A stretch of 64,000 nucleotides of DNA, taken from positions 19,985,082-20,049,081 of the forward strand of contig MU054323.1 of NCBI GenBank assembly GCA_013239625.1, read 5' to 3'. Position 1 is the first letter of the stretch; each line of letters begins with the position of its first letter. Below, piece by piece: positions 51,314-63,610 of the stretch. The notes beneath the pieces were generated by a model. The model was not told the DNA's origin and did not search any database. It saw only the letters and a program-made list of their open reading frames with translations. A program made the translations under genes and the position numbers. The stretch is from Lama guanicoe (lineage: Eukaryota).

Positions 51314-51787
51314 GCTCCCAGTCACAAGTACAGTGCCCACAGCAGCCATGTCACCAATGTCAGTTTTACTCATAATGACAGTCACCTGATTTCAACTGGT
51401 GGAAAAGACATGAGCATCATTCAGTGGAAACTCGTGGAAAAGTTACCTTTGCCTCAAAATGAGATTGTAGCAGATACCACGATAACCAAAGCCCCCATCT
51501 CTTCCACTGAGGGCGTCATGCAGTCAGAAATTCCCACACCACCTCCTTCCCAGCCCCCACATGAGACGGCTGAAGAAGAAAGTAGAAGAAGCAGTTCTCC
51601 CACACTTCTGGAGAACAGCCTGGAGCAAACTGTGGAGCCCAGCGAGGACCACAGCGAGGAGCAGAGTGAGGCAGGCAGCGAGGACCTCGCTGAGCCTGTG
51701 TGTGAAGAGCCAGCCAAAGAGATGAGCGATGAGCAGGGTGAAGCCGCTCTTCCTGAGGACCAGCAAGACCCTTCGCCCCAGTCCTAA
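51314..51787 (+). CDS. EML4: EML4 terminal exon 23, coding part: APSHKYSAHSSHVTNVSFTHNDSHLISTGGKDMSIIQWK...DQQDPSPQS*
   Basis: TGTAG acceptor; includes ORF 51410..51787; TAA at 51785-51787. Confidence 0.96.
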   Translation, partial: APSHKYSAHSSHVTNVSFTHNDSHLISTGGKDMSIIQWKLVEKLPLPQNEIVADTTITKAPISSTEGVMQSEIPTPPPSQPPHETAEEESRRSSSPTLLENSLEQTVEPSEDHSEEQSEAGSEDLAEPVCEEPAKEMSDEQGEAALPEDQQDPSPQS

Positions 51788-53090
51788 CCCCAGACTTCAG
51801 TGCGACTCTTTTCCTCCAGCCGCATGGTGGTCTTGTGATAGAGTTCAGGTAACAGGCCAGGAAGTGATGGAGAATCACTATTGATGGAGATATGGGTTTT
51901 TGCGTGACCTGCTTTCAATAGTCTTATCTTCCGTCTTTCAAATGCAGTCGACCTAAAGGTTCGGTGTGGTGTGTGCTGAAAATTAACCAAACTTAATAGT
52001 AGGAAAAGACTGAAACATTAAGTATGTCTCAGAAATTACTGTGTGAGGAGTATGATGTAAATACTGGAAACAAAAGCAGCAATTGTGTAGGTTTAAAGTA
52101 AATCCCCCGTTATCTGACAAGCTTTCTTCAGGAACAACCAGAGACACCACAAACACTCGTCTACTGGCTCAGACTCTTGCTACTTTTTCCCCGATGCTGA
52201 AAAAGAAACCAAAACACCTCTCTTACTGAGATGTCCTCCTGCCCCAAATGTCTAGTAGAAATGTTTCAGTTAAGAAAAACTTCAGTCTTGCCACAAGCAG
52301 TGGTGTTGCCTTCTTGAGTAATAATGACGTTCTCCTACCCTGCCAGTAGATGTCCAGGTGTGCTTGGGGGCCTGCCACATAGGTGCTGCCTTTACCAAGT
52401 CAGAGTGACGGATTCAATTTCCTGTGTGCAAAATCCATTTTATCTTAGAACTAAGAAAGCAGTGGTTTGTTAAAGAGCTTCTAATGTATATTAAACCATT
52501 GATACTCAGAAATAAAGGATTCCTCCAAGGATTCCTTTACTGGCCTAAACATCTTCAAATGTTTGACATTCAATGGAAGATTGGAAGAAAAAAAAAAAAC
52601 CGCATGCCTATAAAACTAAACTTGGCTAATTTTAGCTTAGCCTTCATCATAATTTGTTCCCTCGATAACAAATAGTAAGTTTAAATGATTGAATTGGTGC
52701 TTGACATTCATGGGTTTAGTTGTAACTTTTATACAGATTATTGAGGGATAAAATACTCAGCAAATTGCAGATTTCTTTTTTATAGACGTGTGAATAATAG
52801 TTACAGTAATTTTTTATAAATTGAATACTTAGCAGACTTGCTATATATGGTGACTTTTCTCTGGTGGAGTTCTAAAGCCTTGCAATTTCTGATGTGGCTC
52901 TTTATTTTGGGCAGTGCATGTATTATGCATCGGATAGTTGTTTTTTTAAGTTTTGTCAGACGATTATGTTTTTCTTAGTTATTTCCTATTTTCAAAATAA
53001 TTACTGACAAATATGCATTTCCTATATATTTGTTTATACTTTGATTATAAAAAAAACTTCTATTTTTTAACTTGCTGCATTGTTTTGATA

Positions 53091-53128
<38 letters not shown>

Positions 53129-54090
53129 GTTTAGAAACTTTGGGTGAGTTCAGAAGTCTTAAGTATGCAAGTGTTTACGTGATTGTGCCATTCCAAAGTG
53201 CATCAGAACTGTCATTCCCTTCTAGTATCTTCTCAGGAGTAATATAAATCAGGTATTTCATCGTCATTTGGTAATATACAAACTCCAGTGAACTCCCAAG
53301 GACACTCACAACATTTGTATTCACATGCTGTAAGGGTGTGGGTGTGTGTGAAGGGGTGAGTGTGACACCTACTCTGTGTGTGTATCTCTATGTAAGAGGA
53401 TATACGCCACGTTGAAAATACTCAGTGTGTATCTCTACGTGTATAGACATAAGTCCGTGTATTATCTCTTTCCTTTTGTTTACAACTGTTCAAAAAAAAA
53501 ACCTCAAAGTAGTTCTCTTCAAAAGAAGAGAGATTCCAAGCAACCCATCATTTCTCAGTATGTTTGTACATAATCATCAGAGAGCAGCCGTAGTATCAGG
53601 CATACGTGCTTGCCTATTAGCTGTGGTGATTAAATCAGGTCAGCATGTGCTGCTCCCTGCAAGAAAAATACTATGAGATAAACAAGTAATTCTAGGAGAA
53701 GAAAAAGCATTTTAAGTCCCTGGGGGACACAGCTCTCCGTGATAAGCAGGGAGTGTTTTAGGGACAACAGTCACCTCTGGGGTTGCCGTGTACAACGAGA
53801 TGTAGAGTCATGACACTCTTGGGTGGGAGCTTCCAAAGACACTACTAACGCGCAGAAAGCGTTCCAGCTCTCTACTGCTGGCAACTACTGTGTTAACAGT
53901 CAATTAAATCTGTGATAATGGTTGGAAGTGGGTGGGATTATAAAATTGTAGATGTTTTTAGAAAACTTGTGAATGAAAATGAATCCAAGTGTTTCATGTG
54001 AAGATGTTGAGCCATTTCTATCATGCATTCCTGTCTCATGGCAGAAAATTTTGAAGATTAAAAAATAAAATAATCAAAATGTTTCATTTG
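51788..54090 (+). other. EML4: EML4 3' UTR (~2.3 kb)
   Basis: AT/T-rich sequence with no interspersed repeat I could recognise between the stop codon and the distal poly(A) signal; exact end inferred. Confidence 0.75.
53093..53123 (+). repeat. T31 homopolymer in the 3' UTR
   Basis: 31 consecutive T. Confidence 0.9.
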
Positions 54091-54120
54091 TCTCTCTAAA
54101 TGTGTCTTGAGTCTTTTTTT
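54057..54120 (+). terminator. Distal polyadenylation signal with downstream GU/U-rich element
   Basis: ATTAAA 54057-54062 and AATAAA 54064-54069, followed by TGTGTCTTGAGTCTTTTTTT at 54101-54120. Confidence 0.75.
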
Positions 54121-55799
54121 CATTTATGCTGCTAGTTTCCACGGCTATTCAATTATCAGCAGACATGACAGTTCACAAGGACACATCTACCAGGTAACCA
54201 CTACTATGGATACAGCCATTCTGGTAGTGACAGACAGATAGACTCTCCTAATGTTAGAGGAAATTACTTCTGATTTATGCCTCCACTTAATAGGGAAGTA
54301 TTTGGTTTAATTTATTTCATGTCTACTCTCTAATGTTTAACATTGGATAATCTTGGTGATCCTGCTTACCTGCCTGGCTCCACAGCCTGCCGCTGCTTTC
54401 CGGGGTTAGCCTGAGGGAGGCCCTTGAACTCAGCAGGACGCTATGTCCCTGCTTTCTCCATCTCTCGGCTGCGTAGTGACACATCCCCTGTACACCACAA
54501 CCATAAATTAGCTGCTACAAATTCATTAGGAAGAATTAGTGTACTCCATACACTCCCCAGCTTTACAGTCATGGAAATGACGGGGTTTTCATCACTTTAT
54601 TCATCCCTGTGACTACGAACATACGTTCACAGACACGTGCACTAAGCCATGAGAGGCTGTCTCAGGGCAGGAATTCCTCCTCCAATGATTCGGAGACAAA
54701 ATAGCTGACAGGAACCAGAACAAACCTACTAACTGATTTTTCTTCTTAATAAAAGAAGGAGGTCTAACAAAGGAACTTGCTTATAGGGAAATAATGATGA
54801 ATTAGACCTTGGACACACACAGGTGTGTAACTTCTAGAAGGAACTAGGTTTCCAGCTTAATACTAGAAGTGAAATGAAGAGTTAAGGACAATAACGTGTT
54901 TTTAAAGCAGATGTGCAGGACTTGGATAGAGGAGAGCTGCCGCCAGAGGAGTCCCAGTGCAGCTAGCACACCCCAGACATCCGGGCTGTCACTCAGTGAT
55001 GGGCGTGTCACCCTGTGGTCGAAGGGACAGGCTGGGGAGATTTCAGGAACAGGCCTGAGTTCACTTACCGAGGTAACAGCTGTGCCAGGACTTCGTGTAC
55101 TGTGACTTAAAAACTGGAGTGTCTTACACCAGGAGAAAAACATTCTTCTGAAACAGGGAGGAAGAAGGAAAGGACAAGGGTGAAGATTCACAGAGATGTT
55201 AAGAAGTAGGGAAACAGCAGTCATCTCAGTCCTCAGTCCAGAGAGGGCAAGGGTGCTGCCCACAGCAATGTGGCGTGTCTCTCACCATCACAGAAGCCAG
55301 GCCCTAAAGAAGCCCTTTTGTCCAGGAGGCCCAGGAATGGCATCTCCAAGGACCACAGAAAAAGTCTCCAGGCATTTTTCCCAATGCAACCCTTTGTAAA
55401 GGAACAGCTCCTGCCCTCCTTGCAGACCCAGGTAACGTACACATTTTGTGCTACTCAGTTCACCTTTTCCAAAGGAAACCTGCATTTCTACTCCACCCTC
55501 ATTATAGATCCCTACAATAACCTCTGATACAAGGACAAGAAAGTCTCACTGTCTCCTCTAGAAATGTCAGCGTATGTCATTTCTGTACCCAGGGGTAATG
55601 TACTCCAGAGACCACAGCTTACCGAACTGAACACATTTGTGTTTATCTTAATTTTACCAACCCAGAAATCTGGCAGAAAAACTTAAGGGTACCACTTCTA
55701 TATCTCAAAGGACAAAAACATCAAGAAATGGGGGAAAACAACCCACCTGAGTGCTCAATGATTAAAATAGGGCACATCCATAGGACTAAATGCTTTTCA

Positions 55800-55990
55800 A
55801 TGATAACAGCTAACACTTAAGTGCTTTCCATGTATTAACTCGTTCAATTCTTTCAGCAATTCTAAATTTGATTATCTCCATTTTACAGATGAGGAAACCA
55901 ACAGAGAAGCCAGGATACCCTAATAACAAGTGGCTGAGCCAAGATCTGAAGGCAGGTCCTCTTCTCCAGAGTCCCGGGGACTAGCCACGT
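55800..55990 (-). mobile_element. MIR SINE
   Basis: ATTATCTCCATTTTACAGATGAGGAAAC..AAGTGGCTGAGCCAAGATCTGAA. Confidence 0.7.
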
Positions 55991-57231
55991 GCTCTGTTCT
56001 GGAGCACTGCAGGATAGTGTAGTGATTATTAGTTAACAAGACAGAATGAAATGGATTAAGCTTCTGGTATGAAGGACTTGAGACCAGTATATGGAAAAAC
56101 TACAGAAAGTGATTAGGCTTTGGAAAAGGCAACTTTGAACTCTGAACAATGTCACGAAGTTGGAGGGACCGTTCTTATGCACGAGTCCCTCCTGCCATCC
56201 CTACAACCCAAGTGCGGGGCAGAGCCTCAGGCCAGGCTGTGGCACCTGCTGCCAGCGACTCCTTGCCCTTCCTGCCTTTTTTGGCTCATGTGTCCTCAGT
56301 CCCTGATGTTCAGCTTAAACCTATTTGTGTGGAGGCGCTGCCCCCCCTTATCTTCCAATCTTTGAGCAACTTCCACTTCAAAAAAGAAGCTTGGCAGCTT
56401 CCTTCTTCACTGGTCAAGTGCTTCTTCCCCTCAGTCCTCCGGCCCTGTGGGCCCAGCCTCGGCCAGGGCTTTGATCTTGCCTCTCCTCTCCCTCAGCCAT
56501 GTAAACACGCAGTACTGAAAACAGATTTTCCTGAGGGAGCCACCCAGAGACAGAGATGAATATGCATAAGTGCCGGTACCAACGACTTAACAACCCCGCG
56601 GGACCACGCAGATCTCAACTCCTGGCAGAGCTCACTAGAGAAGCTGCAAACAAAGTGGGTGCTAGAAGGGCCTCAGGGAGGAAAACTAATTTTTTAATAA
56701 AAAGCAAAGCCCTTGTACCTGTTCATCTCGTTTCATTCTTGATGCTCACAGGGCCGCCAAGCCAGAGTGCATCCTGGGAAAGGTCAAAGGGTACTCTGAA
56801 GCCCACCCCCACGTGGCGATGCCCATTCAGCCAACGTCGGGGCAGGCTGACTTGGAAACCTGGCTGGAGGCAGGGAAACCAGAAGCTGGATGCATCCTCT
56901 TACCTTGTCAGCTGTAGAACGAACGCTCTCTGTTAACTGTAAGTCAGTGTCCAGGGAAGGCACGGCCTCTTCCTCCTACAGACTTCAGTCTCTCTACAAT
57001 AAAAATGTACTGCTACCAACACCTTCAAAGTGGTAGCCACTTTGAGTCCAGAGAGTTTGTGTGGGACTAGGACCCACAGGAGTCATCACTTCATCAGGTT
57101 TATGTACAAACCCGCCTCATCCAAGTTACAGTACTGGGCTCAGCAGGAAATCCAGCAATGAGAAAGATACAGCCCCTGCCCTCATGGAGCACGTATCCTA
57201 GAAAGCCTATCTGGAAAGTTTCCTGACTGCA

Positions 57232-57482
57232 CATTTCCATTTATATAACATTCGTGAAACGACACCACAGAGAACAGACTGGTGGTTGCCAGGGCACAGA
57301 GACAAAGGGGAGGAGATGTCACGATAAAGGCATAGCACAGGTGGTTCCTCTGTGATGGAACACGCTGCATCTTGGTTATGATGACAATTACATGAACCTA
57401 TACGTGGGACTAAACTGCCCAGAACACCCATGCACACAGGAATGCAGGCAAAACTGGTGGGATCTGATTAAGGTCTGTAGTC
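57232..57482 (+). mobile_element. L1MC-like 3' UTR fragment
   Basis: GAGAACAGACTGGTGGTTGCCAGGG..TGTGATGGAAC..TTACATGAACCTATAC. Confidence 0.6.
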
Positions 57483-58954
57483 TGCTCACATGCCCCTGGA
57501 GAGAGGCAGCCGGTGCCAAACCCCTGACGAAGGAGATGGCTCCTGGAGTCCTCCCCTTTGCTGGGCATTCTGCACTCCCACCCCCACCCCCACCACTGGG
57601 TCCTCACTGGCTTCCCTTCTGACTGATCTGCGTGTCACTGGTGCTTACTCCCTTTCTTGGAGATGCTCTCCTGAAGGTGTCCCACAGCTGCCTTCCCTCA
57701 GGTGCTTGGGCTGAATCACCTTCCCTTACTCAGAATTAATAAAATGACAAGAAAAAGAACTCCATTCTTTAGCAGGCCCTGGTGAAACGGATGCAGAATT
57801 GAGATTAGGTGACCAGGCTTTCTCCTCTGAGAGCAACAGCCCCCCCAGTTTCATTGGCAAAATCCATTTTCATGTGGCCAACTATTTGCTGCCCGGGAAT
57901 ATCTCAGCACCAGAATCATTAGCAGGAGTGTTTGCCAGCCTTTGACATTTCCATTTAGAAGACGAGTTAATTCTGAGCTGAGCTGAGTCCCTTCTCTCTT
58001 GGAAGAATGAGTTAGGACTCAAGCCCTCACTGGCCCCAGGAGCATCAGTGATGCCCCTCTACCCCGCTCATTGGTGGGTCAGCCTTTCTCGGGGGAAGTG
58101 AGAAATCTGACATGAAAAACTCAGGGCTGCAATGAAAAGGACATATTTCATTGTGGGTTTGGGTAAGGTTAGGCCCATCTCCCTGGTCTCCGTGTGAAAG
58201 AGAAAGGGGGTTTGCCCACCAGGAGCATCTGGTCCACAGGGGAGAGACCTTCGGGATAGCACACGGGCTCTGCCCCCACCTGCTCCATGAAGGCCCAGTG
58301 GCCAAAAGGCATGAGAAAAGCAGATGAGCTGTCCTTGCCTCAGGGTGCAGGGAAGGCTGTCCCCTGGGGGGACAGGCTGGGGCCTCCACCACAATAAACA
58401 ACGTTTGAACTGGAAGCATGAGCAGTGGGACAGATTGTTAGGAAAGCCAGGAGAGCCTGCAGATGGCTCTGTTAATAAAGCTGCCATTCACAGCCACCAA
58501 GGCTGAAGTGGTTTCCATGGGAAACCCTCACATTAAAACAGAAGGAAGTTCTTTTAAGTTATAGTAGGTAATAACATTTTTATTAAACATCATCAAATCT
58601 AAACACCAGGATTTGCCTAGGAGGGCACTCAGGAAACCACAGAATGGCCATCTGCACTGTTGGGAGCTATGGCGCGAGCATGGGAGATTTCTCAGGTATG
58701 CCCTTGACCTGGGGCTCTTCGCTCCTCTCTGTGCTGATTCAGTGAGAAGGTCTGTTCTATGTCACTCATTCTACAGTGCTGGGGTCACTCTAGTGACCCT
58801 GGGAGGACTGGGAGGGCAGCCTCGAGGCCACTCTACGGAGCCAGCCCAGAGCTTGACCCCTGGGCATGAGTGACACTGGTCACCTTCCTCTTTCCTGAAA
58901 ACCCTCTCCTCTCCTGCCAGGCACCACTGGCTCCAGGTTTCTCTCTTCCCTGCA

Positions 58955-59012
58955 TCCATCCTCCCTCCTTCCTTTTTCCTCCTTCCTCCTTTCCTTCCTT
59001 CCATCTTCCTTC
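58955..59012 (+). repeat. (CCTT)n-like polypyrimidine low-complexity tract
   Basis: CCTCCCTCCTTCCTTTTTCCTCCTTCCTCCTTTCCTTCCTTCC. Confidence 0.8.
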
Positions 59013-59554
59013 CAAAGGGTAGCAGAGTAAGCCAGCCCCAAATACACCATTTAGTGTATTGATTATTCTGAGCTGTGGGCACTTGAAACCCAGCCAATAC
59101 AAGGAGGGGCTTTCTCTGAACCCCCCCCCCATTTGCCTACAGACAGAGGCTCCCAAAGGAATTCAGTCATCACAGATCCCTCCCCAGAGGTCATCAACAA
59201 GGGGACTCTCGGGACAGGGGAAGAGAGTGCAAGTCCACACCACACCCAGACACACATTGTCATCATCACACCTCCCACTGACTCTTCTAAGGGCCCTTCA
59301 TCTTCCCTAGAAATCATGTACTCTCCCCTCAGAGGCCACATCCCCTTCCCTCTCCCTATTAAGCCACATTTAACCCTGAATTCTAAGCCACTTCAGGAAG
59401 TAGCTCATCTTTCCTGGGGTATCTCCCACGCACACGTGAGGTATACGTGTTTGTAAACTTGTCTACTTTTCTCTTATTAATCTATCTTTTATTACAGGGG
59501 GTCTCAGCCAAGAACTCAGGAGGGTGGAAGAAAAATTGTTTTTCCTCTCCTACA
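59013..59554 (+). mobile_element. ERV1 solo LTR, MER34/MER39-like
   Basis: Starts AAGGGTAGCAGAGTAAGCCAGCCCCAAATA..GATTATTCTGAGCTG and ends TTTTTCCTCTCCTACA (canonical CA end). Confidence 0.7.
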
Positions 59555-59979
59555 CTTGCATCTTCCTTCCTAACTTACAGTAGAAGGCAGAAATCTCAGG
59601 GTATCTGTGCATATGCACATACGCATACACACCCACCAGATGAAGATGGCCCTTTTCCAGCACAGAAGTCTGCCTTGTGACCCTCCCCTATCCGTCCTCC
59701 CTGACAAGGGTGCCCACTGTTCCAACCTCTACCACCACACACTGCCCCTGCCAAGGTCTGACTTTTATATAGATGAAGTCACAGGGGATGCTCTCGTGTC
59801 CAGTTTCTTTCACGCAACATGGTGTCTGTGTCTCTTCCATTCTTAGACCCTAAAAGCCATCACAAGCCCTTGTCCCTTCCACCTGCTCCTGAAATACTGG
59901 TGTTTCCCCCATTCTATTTCCTCACCTTGCACACACTCCCTAACAGTGTAGCAGACACCCCGGTTCCCACCATCCCTCT

Positions 59980-60430
59980 AACTGCTAACTCTCAAATTCC
60001 TATCTCCAGTCCAGACCCCCCAGCCTACCTCTAGACCCAACTGCCTGCTGGAATTCTTTGCCTAGAGGGCTCACAGACAATCCGTTTTTCCCAACAAGTC
60101 ATGCCCTGCCCTGTACACCCCAAATCTTGCACCTCTTATCACCCAGGAGCCAGACCAAGTCATCTCTGGAGCACCCAGAAGCTTGACGCACCCTCACCTC
60201 CGACGTCCAACTAATGGTCAGACTGGGCTCACTCTGCCTTCCTAACAGCCCTGGGATTCACACCTCCCCCCACGCCCACTGCCCTGCTCCCCAGGCCTTC
60301 ATAACCTCTCAACCAAACTCTCGTAACAACTCTTAACTAGTCCAACGCCTCAAGTCTTTCCTCTCCAATCTGTCCTCCATATTGGCACCATAGACCAAAA
60401 CAACACTGGACTCTGTGGCCATCCTCCCAG
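59980..60430 (+). mobile_element. LINE-2 fragment
   Basis: ACTCTCAAATTCCTATCTCCAGTCCAGACC..CCAACTGCCTGCTGGA..CCAATCTGTCCTCCA. Confidence 0.55.
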
Positions 60431-62907
60431 CACACACCACCCTTATTGTTCAGCGACTTGAGTCCAGGCTCTCTTTGGCCCAGCCGCAGGAAGGTTCATG
60501 AGCTGGCCTGAGCCTCCCTCTCTAGCAGTGGGTCCTGCCAGTCCTCTCTCCCCACCTGCTCTCCCGCACATCCAAGACACCCTCACACATTAGCAAGTGC
60601 TCTTCCCTCAGGCCAATGCTCTTCCCCACTGCATTTAGTGGGGAGCCACATACACATCACTATGCAATTACACAGCGCCCCCTCAGAGAATGTCCCTCCA
60701 CTCCCCCGCCTTCCTGGGCCCGGGCCCTGACTCTGGACAGTTCTGTTGCACTTTGGTTATGCTTGTCATTCTGTGAGCTCTGGAGGCCAGGGACAGTGTC
60801 ACCTCTCTCTGGTCTCTACTGCCCAACACAGAATCTGACACACAGATTGCAGAATGGTCTGTGCTGTAACAGTTCTGTTGGTGAAGGTGGGGCAAGTCCC
60901 CAGTCTGACAGGAAGATGGGGTGCCAATCCTCAGGTTACCCCAGATCGGAAAAGCCGTGTGGGAAAAGACAACAGGGCACCTGATGGCCCATAAGGAAAG
61001 ATAAGAAAACTCGTGGGGGCCAGAAGCAGCCCAGGGAGCTGGGGCACCAGGCAAGAGAACAGACAAGACTGAAAGTCACAGCTCAGAAGTGGCCAGGTCA
61101 CCTGGCAGCACTTGGAAACCTCAGGCTCAAGATGCTCTTGGGCCCAAACCCTGGGGCGTGACCGTCTTCACAAGTGGAGTGAGGCTGCTCCTTCTGTTTT
61201 TACCCGCATCTGGCCCAGACCCCAGACCACAGTGAGCTTCTCCCAGGCCCACAGCACAAGACACCAAACTCAGTAAAGACACCAAGGGTCCCCTCAATGC
61301 ATTCGTGTTCCCAAGATACGCAGGGAAGGGCACAGTGAACACCTCTGACCTCTGTCCACACCTGGAGCTGAAGAAAGCAGATCTCCCCTCCCTGCTTCTG
61401 GAGGCCTGGAATGATCCTCCTTGGGGAATCCTGGGTTGGCTTAAAGATTCCCGGTCGTAACATCTCACATCCATAATCATGCAGGAAAATAAACAGAAAA
61501 AATATGCTGGATGACAAGGTACAGATAAGTCCTAGAGCAAGGACACAGAGCTTTATTCTTGCCTCCTCCCCACCCACTCCTCGGCCACTGGACCAGAGCC
61601 TGGGAGTGCTGGCTCCCTCAGGACAGTGAGGCGGCAGAGAGGCCCAGATGAGGACTCTGACCCATCACTCGGCAGAAACAAGGCCACCCACACCAAAGCA
61701 CAAAGGCTCAGGGAGAGTCAGGTCGTGGAATGGCAAACAGCAGCGCACCCTCTCCCAACCCACAAGGCCCTCCTGGGGAGACCTCAGCTCCCCAAGACCT
61801 TCCTCAAGGCCTGCCCAAGTTGGCCTGGGCTGGGCAGGCGATCTTAACTAGTCCTTCACTTTAACTCCCATGACCACAGGTCATGTTTTTGCAAATTACA
61901 CACCTCAACCCAAGCATCAGCAGTGCTTACTTACCCTGCGCAGCCGGGCCTACTTTTCCGGGTGCAATTCTTTCCGATGCTCAGTGAGCAGGACCCAACT
62001 AAGGGAGGGGTGGGCAGACACATCAAGTTATGAATCAATTTGCCAAATGACCATTTCTTCAAGGACATAACTTCAAAGGAGAAAGGAGAACAGACAAACA
62101 AAGGTTCTTCTGTGCGACTCTACTTTAATTAGAATGACAACTAACTGAAAGCAATTTAATGTTGGTTCATGAAAGATTAATAGAATTCATGTTTTGGAGA
62201 TGCTGAATGCAACACAGACTTAGCCAGAAATAAAAATCTAACCTTTATTCTCTTTAATTATTCGGTCAGAATAATTTCCTGGGAGCAGGTTTAGTCTCTG
62301 GATGGCTTTAATTAAACACCACTGAACTTTGAAGTTGACATCAACTCATCCAGCTGCAACTCAATTTTCAAATTAATCTGCTGTCTAACAGAGAGGTTTT
62401 GTGGCCTAAGCAGGGGAGCTGTGGGGGAGTGGAAGGCGGGCTCAGAGCCCAACAGGTATTAACCAATTCTGGCACATCTTACATCTTCCCCACTCCTCTC
62501 CAGTGGCAGGGCACTTACACAACTAGAGCCAGGGCCTCCCTAAGGAGGGGCCCAGGCCGAGCTGAGCAACCAAGCTGCCTCCTTCCTTGGCTTTTTCCAC
62601 AGTCCTGGGTTCATGCTCCACTATCTCAACAACTTAAGCATAAGCCTGGTACAGCCAGACCCTTAAGTGGGCCCCAGGGCCATTAGCCCCCTGCCCAAAT
62701 ACCCCCACTGTACCCTTGCTCTCCTCCCGTGTCTCTGCCTCTCCCTTGGAGTACAGAAATATGTGAAGAGCCAAGGTGTGGCCCTTCTGGCTGGGTGCCT
62801 TCAGGAAACACTCCTACTTCTAAACTGACCTCCCTTCCAGCACTCCACCCAGGCCCCAGGTACCAGCCTCTCCTTCTTCTGGCTTCGAAAGCCCACATCC
62901 TGAAAAA

Positions 62908-63610
62908 AGCAAATCAAAACTACAATGAGGTATCACCTCACACCAGTCAGAACGGCCATCATTCAAAAGTCCATGAACAATAAATGCTGGAGAGGATATG
63001 GAGAGAAGGGAACCCTCTTACACTGCTGGTGGGAATGCATTTTGGTGCAACCATTATGGAAAACAATATGGAGATTTCTCTAAAAACTAAAAATAGACCT
63101 ACCATATGATCCCACAATCCCACTCCTGGGTATATATCCGGAGAGAACTCTAATTTGAAAAAACACATTAACCCCAGTGTTCATAGCAGCACTATATACA
63201 ATAGTCAAGACATGGAAGCAACCTAAATGTCCATCAACACATGACTGGATAATGAAGTTGTGGTATATTTATACAATGGAATGCTACTCAGCCATAAAAA
63301 ATAATAAAATAATATCATTTGCAACAACATGAATGGACCCAGAGATCATCATTCTAAGTAAGCCAGAAAGAGAAAGGAAGATACCATATGGTATCACTTA
63401 TATGTAGAATCTAAAAGAAAAAGAGAAAGAAAAAAAAGGGACACTATGAACCTATGTACAAAACAGAAACAGACTCACATAATAAACAATCCTATGGTTA
63501 CCAGGGAAAAGGGGATGGGAAAGGATAAATTTGGGAGTTTGAGATTTGCTAATGGCAGCCACCATATATATAAAAACAGATTTTAAAAAGTTTAAAAGAA
63601 AGAAAGAAAA
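62908..63610 (+). mobile_element. Younger LINE-1 3' fragment (ORF2 C-terminus and part of 3' UTR)
   Basis: Translates as [52 protein letters not shown] (ORF2 Cys-rich domain) with in-frame stops; A-rich end. Confidence 0.92.

Larger units (their letters stand above)
5..54090 (+). other. EML4: EML4 gene, 3' portion (exons 6-23 plus 3' UTR); exons 1-5 lie upstream of the window
   Basis: 18 GT-AG-bounded exons splice into one open frame (2305 nt = 1 nt phase + 767 codons + stop). The translation matches EML4 as I recall it (HKDVIINQEGEY..RGRPITMFIPSD..LEWAYGYRGKDCR..DQQDPSP). Confidence 0.97.

Noticed and set aside
51454..51878. Three antisense ORFs over the last EML4 exon
   Set aside because: Shadow frames of the GC-rich, low-complexity coding strand.
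54424..62983. Many overlapping 60-140 aa ORFs on both strands downstream of EML4
   Set aside because: No recognisable domains or consistent exon structure. Expected in GC-richer DNA, and several lie in LTR or L2 relics. I saw no exon of the expected neighbour COX7A2L.
62959..63168. 69-aa minus-strand ORF
   Set aside because: Antisense frame of the L1 ORF2 fragment.
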